Source of the DNA: Idiomarina loihiensis L2TR
Lineage (GTDB): Bacteria > Pseudomonadota > Gammaproteobacteria > Enterobacterales > Alteromonadaceae
Direction of reading: 5' to 3'
Length of the DNA: 32,000 nt
NCBI RefSeq assembly: GCF_000008465.1
Contig: NC_006512.1
Location: 2,730,001-2,762,000, forward strand
Shown here: positions 18,760-31,398 of the stretch, in pieces
How the letters are laid out: each line of letters opens with the position of its first letter
Numbering within the stretch: the first letter of the stretch is position 1
The notes under the pieces: model-generated
Databases searched by the model: none
Seen by the model: only the letters and a program-made list of their open reading frames with translations
Told to the model about the DNA's origin: nothing
Program-made: the position numbers and the translations under genes

Positions 18760-18879
18760 TAGTCTGGCGGTGACCTACTCTCGCATGGGGAGACCCCACA
18801 CTACCATCGGCGCTGGTGTGTTTCACTTCTGAGTTCGGAATGGATTCAGGTGGTGCCACACCGCTATGGCCGCCAGACA
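18760..18879 (-). rRNA. rrf: 5S ribosomal RNA
   Basis: The reverse complement reads tgtctggcggccatagcggtgtggcaccacctgaatccattccgaactcagaagtgaaac...ccccatgcgagagtaggtcaccgccagacta. It is 120 nt and collinear with E. coli 5S. Confidence 0.92.
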
Positions 18880-18946
18880 TAAACTGTCACAACATGTAAA
18901 AACTGACTGCTTTTTTAAGTAAAAGCCACTCTGTTGAATTCACTAT

Positions 18947-18973
18947 CTCACCTGATGTGAACATCAGGCTACT
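18947..18973. repeat. REP-like hairpin, copy B (intact), in the 23S-5S spacer
   Basis: ctcacctgatg-tgaa-catcaggctact, with a 7-bp stem and 4-nt loop. It serves as an empty-site reference for the IS insertion. Confidence 0.75.
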
Positions 18974-19027
18974 TATTCGGTAAAGTCGCTCGCTTGTGCG
19001 TAACGTCCCAAACACCTTGGGTGTTGT

Positions 19028-21918
<2,891 letters not shown>

Positions 21919-22057
21919 ATACAACCCGAAGGTGTCTGGCATACGTGACCAAGATTGTTTGTTCTCGCTGTACACAAGTTCGATACGCCTCTACCAAATC
22001 AGTTTGTTCAAGTAGAGTGGCATGTCTTACTTTTAATATTACAATCAGCTTTTCATG

Positions 22058-22070
22058 TTGTTAAAGAGCA
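22058..22070 (-). promoter_or_regulatory. boxA antitermination element (spacer copy)
   Basis: The reverse complement, tgctctttaacaa, equals the rrn boxA consensus. It lies between tRNA-Ala and 23S. Confidence 0.7.
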
Positions 22071-22140
22071 CGTAACACTAAGTTACCGGTAAATATTCTT
22101 GTTTAAGAACACTTAACGCTAACGGTTACAAGAGAAGAAA

Positions 22141-22216
22141 TGGTGGAGCCAAGCGGGATCGAACCGCTGACCTCCTGCGTGCAAGGCAGGCGCTCTCCCA
22201 GCTGAGCTATGGCCCC
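22141..22216 (-). tRNA. tRNA-Ala (anticodon UGC)
   Basis: The reverse complement is ggggccatagctcagctgggagagcgcctgccttgcacgcaggaggtcagcggttcgatcccgcttggctccacca. It folds as a cloverleaf with the G3:U70 identity pair. Confidence 0.95.
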
Positions 22217-22475
22217 AGAATGCTTGCCTGAAGTTTCGATAGCGGCGTTGCGCGATTCGTTCAATCAGTCACATACCATCGAGGTATGCTCCTTCAATCA
22301 CTCAACGTGCGCCTTGCTCTCAAAGCTTCATGCTGCGCGTGCTGACATCGGGGAAAACCTTCTTATCAACATCGCGGCAACCCTGACAAGGGAATTTCAA
22401 GGTTAGGCAAGGCGAGAGGGTTCGAAGCATACATCAGTATGCGAGTACCCGAACAACGCAGCATAACCGCAGAAA

Positions 22476-22552
<77 letters not shown>

Positions 22553-22566
22553 AGTTTCTTCTCTGT

Positions 22567-22597
22567 CTATATCAAGCCTGCAAACTGTGTGGACACT
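22567..22597 (-). other. 16S processing-stem arm (3' side)
   Basis: tatatcaagcctgcaaactgtgtggacactt is nearly the exact reverse complement of 24331..24362. The two would form the long RNase III-type stem that brackets 16S. Confidence 0.6.
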
Positions 22598-22671
22598 TAC
22601 TCACACGGATGTGAGGTAGACAAAAAATGCAGGACGCAATTTTTTGTGTACACAAAAGATAAGCTGTTTTG

Positions 22672-24214
<1,543 letters not shown>

Positions 24215-24330
24215 AAAAGTAGTTCAATCAACTCAATGAATTACGCGTTTTTGCTTGGCTTCTTTCGAAACCTTGCTGAACACTCATTCAAAAGTTGCAA
24301 TACAAATATTTCGTTTTGCTTAACTTCTGC

Positions 24331-24362
24331 AAGTGCCCACACAGTTTGCTTGGCTTGATATA
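24331..24362 (-). other. 16S processing-stem arm (5' side)
   Basis: Complementary to 22567..22597 in the transcript. Confidence 0.6.
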
Positions 24363-24363
24363 A

Positions 24364-24376
24364 TTGTTAAAGAGCG
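24364..24376 (-). promoter_or_regulatory. boxA antitermination element (leader copy)
   Basis: The reverse complement is cgctctttaacaa, matching 12 of 13 positions of the boxA consensus. It lies in the 16S leader. Confidence 0.6.
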
Positions 24377-24408
24377 TTTCTCAGCAACCTTGGCTGCGAG
24401 AGGTGCGT

Positions 24409-24436
24409 ATTCTACACACCGTGTGTTTTCCGTCAA
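24409..24436 (-). promoter_or_regulatory. rrn promoter P2
   Basis: On the minus strand: TTGACG, a 16-nt spacer, then TAGAAT followed by a GC-rich discriminator (acgcacctc). An A/T-rich UP-like tract lies just upstream (24437..24470). Confidence 0.6.
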
Positions 24437-24511
24437 TACTTTTTTGAAAAAAGATTTTTTAGAAAACTTAGGTTTTCGGCGGCTTCGTTGCCTGCCTTGA
24501 ACGTGGAGCGC

Positions 24512-24539
24512 ATTTTAGAGATTTAACTCGTCCCGTCAA
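24512..24539 (-). promoter_or_regulatory. rrn promoter P1
   Basis: On the minus strand: TTGACG, a 16-nt spacer, then TAAAAT followed by a GC-rich discriminator (gcgctccacg). Confidence 0.55.
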
Positions 24540-24689
24540 GCGCTTTTAGCACCTTTCTAACTGTTTTTTTACTGACTGCGTAAAGTTTCAGCAACACGCT
24601 GCTTTTCTCGCCAAACTTAGGCCAGACATGACCTATTTACCTCTATCTGCTATAAAGGTTGTAACAGCTTTTAACTCAGGAGCACACTT

Positions 24690-25238
24690 ATGGCAGATAT
24701 CCGTAGTTACTGTGAATATGAACCAGTTATCGGTGAACGCGTTTACCTGGACCCCAGTTCGGTCATTGTCGGTAATATTACAATAGGTGATGACAGCAGC
24801 GTATGGCCTATGGTCGCAGCAAGAGGCGATGTTAACCGTATTACTATTGGTAAGCGTAGCAACATTCAGGATGGAACCGTTCTTCATGTTACGCGTAAAT
24901 CCAAAGCCAACCCTGATGGGCATCCCTTAGTTATTGGGGACGAAGTTACCGTAGGCCACCATTGTATGTTGCATGGTTGCAAACTGGGTAACCGCATATT
25001 AGTAGGCATGTCAGCCGTTATAATGGATGATGTCGTCATAGAAGATGATGTCATTATTGGAGCCGGTAGTCTGGTTCCTCCGGGCAAACGCTTAGAAAGT
25101 GGCTACTTATATGTCGGCAGCCCAGTTGAAAAGAAAAGACGCCTTAATAGCGGTGAGGAGAACTTTTTAAGCCAATCGGCACAAAACTACGTCGATTTAA
25201 AAGACGACTACCTTTTACAGGTGAGTCCAGTTTCTTAA
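24690..25238 (+). CDS. yrdA: Gamma-carbonic-anhydrase-like hexapeptide-repeat protein (YrdA/PaaY family)
   Basis: 182 aa with left-handed beta-helix repeats and conserved His residues (GTVLHV ... VTVGHHCMLHGC). It lies next to an rrn operon, as yrdA lies next to rrnD in E. coli. Confidence 0.85.
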   Translation: MADIRSYCEYEPVIGERVYLDPSSVIVGNITIGDDSSVWPMVAARGDVNRITIGKRSNIQDGTVLHVTRKSKANPDGHPLVIGDEVTVGHHCMLHGCKLGNRILVGMSAVIMDDVVIEDDVIIGAGSLVPPGKRLESGYLYVGSPVEKKRRLNSGEENFLSQSAQNYVDLKDDYLLQVSPVS

Positions 25239-25250
25239 GTTAATGAAAGC

Positions 25251-28200
25251 TTAGTGGAAACGACGGCTTTCCAGTCGAGTGAAACTTAACAGGCCGGATA
25301 AATCCTTTAACCGGCCTGCAATAACATGCACCACACCATCGTGAATTTCGACAATGCCTTTTACCCAAAGCAGGTTGCTGGTCAGGAAGCATTGTCGAAA
25401 TTGGCGAGCGGTATTCGCCCAGACCACCACATTGCTGTTTCCGCTTTCATCTTCCAAAGTTAAAAAAGTGACGCCGCTACGGGTGCCAGGCCTTTGACGG
25501 CAGGTGACTAAGCCGGCCAGAGTCAGCACTTGTCCTGAGCGGCAGGTCATTAGGTCGCTGGCCAAGACACAGTTTTTTAACTCAGGGTTATTTCTCAGCA
25601 AAGCTAATGGGTGGCGGCCTAAGGTCAATCCGGTCGACTCATAATCCGCTTTTATATTGTCCGGCTCATCAGGCGCAGGCAGTTGGCGGGCAGGGCGATC
25701 CTTAACATTCTCAAACAACGGCATTTGCTGATCACTCATAGACAAGCTTTGCCAATGTGCCTGATGCCGGTGTCCAGCAATGCTCTTTAATGCGTCGGCG
25801 CGGGCGAGGGCGTTGATATCGGAGTCCCGCAATCCGCTTTTTCGCAATTCATGCATGCTGGTGAAACCGTCCTCCGGCCTTTGCATCAACGTATGTTTTA
25901 TTCTGCTTTCGGATAGGCCTTGAATTTGCCTTAAGCCCATGCGGACAGTCTCATCAGAGTTCGTATCTTCTTTAGGCAACCAGCAATAGTTCCAGTCGCT
26001 GGCGTTAATATCCGCAGCCAAAAACGCTACGCCGTGGCGTTGTGCGTCCTGTACCAACTGCGATGCCGAATAAAAACCCATAGGCAAACTGTTCAGTAAG
26101 CCGACATAAAAAGCAGCCGGGTGGTAGGTCTTAAACCAGGACGACACATAAGCTAAATTAGCAAAACTGGCAGAATGAGACTCAGGAAAACCATATTGTC
26201 CAAAGCCACAAATTTGCCGGAACAACCGTTCTGCAAACTCCTGCTTATAACCTCGCTCCAGCATGCCGTTAATAAGCTTGTCTTCAAAGCGGGTTAAATG
26301 CCCATTTTGCCCCCACGAAGCCATTGCCCGACGAAGCTGATCCGCTTCGCCACCGCTAAAGCCAGCCGCGACCATAGCCAGCTTAATTACCTGCTCCTGA
26401 AAAATAGGTACGCCCAGCGTTCTTTCTAATACCGACTTTACTTCATCGCTAGGGTAATCAACCTCTTCCAGACCTGCGCGGCGACGTAAAAAGGGATGCA
26501 CCATGTCGCCTTGTATGGGGCCGGGCCGCACTATCGCAATTTGAATGACCAGATCATAAAAAGTTTTAGGCTTTAATCGCGGCAACATATTCATTTGCGC
26601 ACGCGATTCTATCTGAAAAATCCCCATAGAATCGGCGGTTTGTAGCTGCTGATAAACTCGGCTGTCTTCCTGCGGAATGGTTGCCATGGTCAGTTGCTGG
26701 TCATAGCGCAAATTAATAAGCGCCAGCATTTTCCGCAAGGCCGTCAGCATGCCCAGCGCCAGCACGTCTACTTTTAATAAGCCCAGGCTTTCGAGGTCGG
26801 TTTTGTCCCACTGAATAACCGTTCGGTCCGTCATCGAGGCATTTTCTACCGGAACCAGCCGTGACAAGTCATCGGCAGCGATAACAAAACCGCCGACATG
26901 CTGCGACAAATGCCGGGGAGTACCCATCAATTGCTCAGTAAATTGTAAAAGGTGCTGGCCCCGTACTGAATTTGTGACTTCGGGGTGCTGTTGCACTAGC
27001 TGTTGCTGCCAGCTTTGCTCTTTGTCGCGTCGGTCTAAGTTGCGACGGAAATACTGCAGTTGCTGCTCACTAAAGCCCAGAGCTTTGCCAACATCACGAA
27101 AAGCACTTTTAAAACGGTAGGTAATAACCGTTGCAGCCAACGCTGCGCGCTGCCGACCATACTTGCGGTAAATATACTGAATGACTTCTTCGCGGCGCTC
27201 GTGCTCAAAGTCCACATCGATATCGGGAGGTTCGTTCCGTTCCTTAGAAATAAAACGTTCAAACAACACCTGAATTTGCGCCGGGTTAACCGCGGTAATG
27301 CCCAGACAATAACAAACCACCGAGTTTGCTGCCGAACCACGCCCTTGAAATAAGATTCCCTGCTCACGGGCAAAACGAACTAAGTCATGAATGGTTAAAA
27401 AGAAAGGCTCGTAGCTTTGCTCTTTTATCAGGCTTAGCTCTTTTAAATAAAGCGCTTTTATCGACTCGGGCACACCTTGCGGATAACGCCAGCGAGCGCC
27501 TTGTTCAGTTAACTGCTTTAAATAGCCGGAGGCACTCATACCTTCAGGAACCAGTTCGGCGGGGTATTCGTAACGAAGTTCGGACAGACAAAACTGACAC
27601 TGCTGCGCAATAACCAGTGTTTCGGCTAGCCACTTTTGCGGGTAGCACTGTTGCAACTCACTCAGGCTTCGCAGATGATGCTCCGCGTTGTTACTGGCTA
27701 ACCCCGGCTGATGCGCTAAAGAGCCACCATGTTGAATCGCGTTCAGAATGTCATACAGCGGCTGTTGTTCAATGGTTGCCATGCAAACGCCACCAGCGCA
27801 GGTGACTTTCACTTTAACGGCCTGTTGTAGCTCAACCATAGCCTGAAAAGCCCTTTCATCGTCAGCCTGGTAATGCCGCTCGTATAGTAGCCAAAAGCGC
27901 TGCTGCCATACCGATTTCAACTTTTCACCAATGGCCAGAAGCTGGGCCTGAGAAAAGTCCGGCTGCCACAATAAAAGACACTGAGAGAACCCGTCGAAAA
28001 AATCATCGATGTTGGCCTGATAATGGCCTTTTTCACTGCGACTACGGAACAGTGTAATTTTTTTACAAAGCTCCGCATAGGCTTCCCGGGTTGGCGCCAG
28101 AACAACCAGCGTACCCACTTCGGGCACCCTGAATTCACTACCCACAACGAGTTTAATATCCCGCGCCTTTGACTCTTGATAGGCTTTTACAATGCCAGCC

Positions 28201-28370
28201 ACCGAACATTCGTCGGTTATTGCTATGGCGGCATAACCCAGATCATCTGCGCGCCTCACCAGTTCCTCCGGCGAAGCGGCTGAGCGCAAAAAACTGTAAT
28301 GGCTTAAACTGTGTAGCTCAGCAAAGAGTTGTCCACTGCAGCCTTTAGATATATCAGCTGAACCAGCCAT
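25251..28370 (-). CDS. dnaE2: Error-prone DNA polymerase DnaE2 (ImuC)
   Basis: It has an N-terminal PHP domain (FAELHSLSHYSFLRSAASPEELV), a Pol III alpha core (GRGSAANSVVCYCLGIT, PDIDVDFEH) and an OB-fold C-terminus. The start is moved from 28433 to ATG 28370 (MAGSADISKG...), which overlaps the imuB end by 17 nt. Confidence 0.9.
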   Translation of the reverse strand: MAGSADISKGCSGQLFAELHSLSHYSFLRSAASPEELVRRADDLGYAAIAITDECSVAGIVKAYQESKARDIKLVVGSEFRVPEVGTLVVLAPTREAYAELCKKITLFRSRSEKGHYQANIDDFFDGFSQCLLLWQPDFSQAQLLAIGEKLKSVWQQRFWLLYERHYQADDERAFQAMVELQQAVKVKVTCAGGVCMATIEQQPLYDILNAIQHGGSLAHQPGLASNNAEHHLRSLSELQQCYPQKWLAETLVIAQQCQFCLSELRYEYPAELVPEGMSASGYLKQLTEQGARWRYPQGVPESIKALYLKELSLIKEQSYEPFFLTIHDLVRFAREQGILFQGRGSAANSVVCYCLGITAVNPAQIQVLFERFISKERNEPPDIDVDFEHERREEVIQYIYRKYGRQRAALAATVITYRFKSAFRDVGKALGFSEQQLQYFRRNLDRRDKEQSWQQQLVQQHPEVTNSVRGQHLLQFTEQLMGTPRHLSQHVGGFVIAADDLSRLVPVENASMTDRTVIQWDKTDLESLGLLKVDVLALGMLTALRKMLALINLRYDQQLTMATIPQEDSRVYQQLQTADSMGIFQIESRAQMNMLPRLKPKTFYDLVIQIAIVRPGPIQGDMVHPFLRRRAGLEEVDYPSDEVKSVLERTLGVPIFQEQVIKLAMVAAGFSGGEADQLRRAMASWGQNGHLTRFEDKLINGMLERGYKQEFAERLFRQICGFGQYGFPESHSASFANLAYVSSWFKTYHPAAFYVGLLNSLPMGFYSASQLVQDAQRHGVAFLAADINASDWNYCWLPKEDTNSDETVRMGLRQIQGLSESRIKHTLMQRPEDGFTSMHELRKSGLRDSDINALARADALKSIAGHRHQAHWQSLSMSDQQMPLFENVKDRPARQLPAPDEPDNIKADYESTGLTLGRHPLALLRNNPELKNCVLASDLMTCRSGQVLTLAGLVTCRQRPGTRSGVTFLTLEDESGNSNVVVWANTARQFRQCFLTSNLLWVKGIVEIHDGVVHVIAGRLKDLSGLLSFTRLESRRFH

Positions 28371-29757
28371 GCAAGTACCATTGTCCGGATTCAAAATAGA
28401 GCCAACCCACACGCTGAAACTTGTCCCGGGCAATCCAGTAATCGCGCGCTATGTCACCAGCGTCCCACCAGCCACAGACTTTGCGTTCCGGCCCGTGCCG
28501 TAGTTGCCATAAATCAATTGAAGTTAGCTGCGGAGGCTGTAATAGCCAAAGAGGCCGCTTAGGCGCCGGAGATAAAACCTGAGGTTTTTCCCCTGCCGGG
28601 CGTCGAAATTCGTTATTACCGGGGCGAGGGTCGTCATTCATGGCTGGCGAGAACACGGCATTGTTGCCAAGCTTAGCCTGTAACCGGCCAATAAGCTGCA
28701 GTGTTTCATGCCGGTGTTGCTGCACACCAAAAAAGTGACTGTTGTGCTGTTCAGACTGCAATAGCTCGTTAGCCACCAACGTAATTTCTATAACCGCTTC
28801 TGGCAAGGGTATAGATTCCATTTTTAACTGCAGTAACGACAAAAAACTCTGCCCCCGCCAGCCGGGTTCAGCTAAAGCGACGGGAACAACAGAAGGAGGT
28901 TCATATCGGTGATGCAGTTCAATACTAACCTGCTGGGTTACTTTTTGCCGCTGATAGAGAAAATCTTCCAGCTCACCGAACAGTCTTTTTAGCGGAAACA
29001 ACAACCCTTGCCAGTGGGGAATTTCAGTGACCAGATCCAGGCTTTGCCGGAAACTTTCCGGTGGAGTGAAAAAATTATAACTTTGCTGCTGGCGACCCTG
29101 AATTCGCTCCAGATATAACTGTGTTTCCAGGCCCAACTGCCGGCCGACTTCATCTCCCGATAACTGTATGAGCTCTCCCAGCTGACGAAAACCAGCGGCT
29201 TTACAATGCTTCTGTGTTTTTGTTCCTAAACCGGCAGCACCAATAGGTAGCTGAGCCAGCAGCTGTGCAGACTCTTTGCGGTTTAACGAAACCGGGCAGT
29301 CATATTCTGCTAATAATTGAGCGGCTAAAGGGTTATCCGCGACTGCCAGCTGAGCCTTAATCGGCAGCGCATCAACCTCTCGGGATAACGTGTTAAATAC
29401 CGCATCCATCCCGCCATACAACTGCGCCAGACTACTCAACTCAATTGCCAGACCTTTGGGTGGATACAAAACTAACTTAGCTGCCCACTGGTAAAGTCGG
29501 GTGGCTAATTGCTGTAAAACCTGCTGTTCACGCTCCGGAATATATTCAACAAGTTGCAGTTGCTCACAAAGCGATATTGCCATAACCGTCTGGATAGAGG
29601 GTTTGACCCCAGCCTCCCGCGCCAAGGTGTTGCACTGCACTATAACCGACTGGTTACCTTGTAACTGGTAAAGTGCCAGCGGCAGGGTGTTGCTGTCAGG
29701 CTGTAAGCGCACCCGATTATCCAGTAGTAGTTGGGGAAAATGACAATATAGCCACAT
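28354..29757 (-). CDS. imuB: ImuB, catalytically inactive Y-family polymerase-like protein
   Basis: Preferred start is ATG 29757 (MWLYCHFPQLLLD...), the typical ImuB N-terminus. It overlaps the imuA TAA by 1 nt (TAATG). Position between imuA and dnaE2 supports the call. Confidence 0.85.
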   Translation of the reverse strand: MWLYCHFPQLLLDNRVRLQPDSNTLPLALYQLQGNQSVIVQCNTLAREAGVKPSIQTVMAISLCEQLQLVEYIPEREQQVLQQLATRLYQWAAKLVLYPPKGLAIELSSLAQLYGGMDAVFNTLSREVDALPIKAQLAVADNPLAAQLLAEYDCPVSLNRKESAQLLAQLPIGAAGLGTKTQKHCKAAGFRQLGELIQLSGDEVGRQLGLETQLYLERIQGRQQQSYNFFTPPESFRQSLDLVTEIPHWQGLLFPLKRLFGELEDFLYQRQKVTQQVSIELHHRYEPPSVVPVALAEPGWRGQSFLSLLQLKMESIPLPEAVIEITLVANELLQSEQHNSHFFGVQQHRHETLQLIGRLQAKLGNNAVFSPAMNDDPRPGNNEFRRPAGEKPQVLSPAPKRPLWLLQPPQLTSIDLWQLRHGPERKVCGWWDAGDIARDYWIARDKFQRVGWLYFESGQWYLHGWFS

Positions 29758-30356
29758 TAGTTCAGAACAACGCCTTCCAGCGGCCAACCCACTTTACGTT
29801 TTAGTATGTCGAGCGTGACACCCGATTCACCAAGCTTTAACCGTACACGGTTAGAATAAGCCCGCGCCTCTTCATTTAAAGCGGGTTCGCTCAAGACCAC
29901 GCCCATCTGCCCGGTTTGGGCAGCTTTATACCAACGCCGAACAGATTGAGCTGTCGTCTCTTTTTGTGCAAACCAGCCTAAAGCCAGCGCATTTTTTGTC
30001 TGCAATATCTGCTCAAACGCCCAGGCAGCTTTCTCTGCACTGGTCTGAACAACCACCTGCATAGACTCATTAAGTCCATAATGATGTAGGCCAGCAGCCG
30101 ACAACCAGGCCGGAGGGTTTACCCAGAAAACCGACAGCTTTTGTTGCACCGCATGCTGTATTAATGGCAACAATAGTGCCTGTTCCGAAAACGGAGTTTG
30201 CAACTGCCACTCATGCAACCCCGGGTATTGCCAGCCACCGCCCAGCGCCGTATCTAACGACGAAAAACCGGAGCTTAAGGTTGCTGTCTGATTGTCGGTA
30301 ACCTGACCATGCCAAACAAGCCCTTGCTGAATAAGAGTCTGAAGCTTTGTCTGCAT
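29757..30356 (-). CDS. imuA: ImuA (SulA/RecA-fold SOS cassette protein)
   Basis: Preferred start is ATG 30356 (MQTKLQTLIQQGLVWHG...), preceded by GGAGG. The track start at 30392 would place the LexA box inside the CDS. The motif SSGFSSLDTALGGGW is typical of ImuA. Confidence 0.75.
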   Translation of the reverse strand: MQTKLQTLIQQGLVWHGQVTDNQTATLSSGFSSLDTALGGGWQYPGLHEWQLQTPFSEQALLLPLIQHAVQQKLSVFWVNPPAWLSAAGLHHYGLNESMQVVVQTSAEKAAWAFEQILQTKNALALGWFAQKETTAQSVRRWYKAAQTGQMGVVLSEPALNEEARAYSNRVRLKLGESGVTLDILKRKVGWPLEGVVLN

Positions 30357-30368
30357 AAAACCTCCGAA

Positions 30369-30388
30369 TACTGTACATATATACAGTA
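30369..30388. promoter_or_regulatory. LexA (SOS) box of the imuA-imuB-dnaE2 operon
   Basis: tactgtacatatatacagta matches the gammaproteobacterial consensus TACTGT(AT)4ACAGTA, with both CTGT and ACAG half-sites perfect. It lies 13 nt upstream of the imuA ATG. Confidence 0.85.
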
Positions 30389-30474
30389 TCATTAATTTTT
30401 ACTCGTTACCAACAGACATCATTACTGGCTTCAGTTATTATTTATCTCATTGTTTCTAATTAGGATAGGGCAGC

Positions 30475-31386
30475 ATGCTGACATCAATACTCATTCCCTT
30501 CAGAGTCGTTATTAACTTTTCATGGGGATTAATCACCACCGCTATTATTGGTGTTTCGATTATTAGTATTGGTATTTTTAAAGTGTTACTGCCTTTTAAA
30601 ACGCCTCAGCGCATTTGTTCTTTTCTGGGGAATGCTCTATTCAGAGTCTGGGCGTACTGTATGTCAATGATGTTCCAGCTGACTCAACGCATGGAATGGC
30701 ACATTGAAGGTGACCTCGATATCCACGAAAAAGGCTGGTACATGGTTATGGCTAACCACCGTAGCTGGGTCGATGTGCTGGTATTAATGCATTTGACTCG
30801 TCGCCACATGCCTATGCCCCGCTTCTTTTTAAAGTCACAACTTATGTGGATACCCATTATTGGCTGGGGCTGCTGGGTACTGGATATGCCTTTTATGAAA
30901 CGCTACTCAAAAGAGTTGCTGGAGAAAAAACCACACTTAAAAGGCAAAGACATTGCAACAACAACACGCTCCTGCGCCAAATTCCGCCACATTCCTACAA
31001 CTGTGGTGAATTTCTGTGAAGGCACGCGCTTTACCCCGGAAAAACACGAAAAGAAACAGAGCCCCTTTCGCAACCTGCTGCCACCTAAGGCCGGCGGTAC
31101 GGCTTTCTCTTTGCAAATTATGGGAGGTCAGTTTGAGGCCATTCTGGATATTACCATTGTCTATCCGGGAACCGATAAACGCCCGGTAGTCTGGCATTTA
31201 TTAAGCGGACAATTGAAAAACGTCTATGTTGATATAAAGACACGGCCCATTACCGCTGACTTAATCGGCGATTACGCCAGTGACGAAGTCTTCAGAGCCC
31301 ATTTTCAACAATGGTTGAATCAGCGCTGGCAGGAAAAAGATCAAACCATTGACGAAATGCGTAAGCAAATTCACAGCACCCGCTAA
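30475..31386 (+). CDS. PlsC-family acyltransferase (YihG-like)
   Basis: 303 aa with an N-terminal TM segment, the HX4D motif (ANHRSWVDVLV) and FCEGTRF. Confidence 0.8.
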   Translation: MLTSILIPFRVVINFSWGLITTAIIGVSIISIGIFKVLLPFKTPQRICSFLGNALFRVWAYCMSMMFQLTQRMEWHIEGDLDIHEKGWYMVMANHRSWVDVLVLMHLTRRHMPMPRFFLKSQLMWIPIIGWGCWVLDMPFMKRYSKELLEKKPHLKGKDIATTTRSCAKFRHIPTTVVNFCEGTRFTPEKHEKKQSPFRNLLPPKAGGTAFSLQIMGGQFEAILDITIVYPGTDKRPVVWHLLSGQLKNVYVDIKTRPITADLIGDYASDEVFRAHFQQWLNQRWQEKDQTIDEMRKQIHSTR

Positions 31387-31398
31387 GGGAGTTTTATA

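Noticed and set aside
28371-28433. Longer N-termini for dnaE2 (28433), imuB (29787) and imuA (30392) as given in the ORF track.
   Set aside because: The extensions are not homologous to the known family N-termini. They overlap upstream genes extensively, and in the case of imuA would cover the LexA operator and the GGAGG ribosome-binding site.
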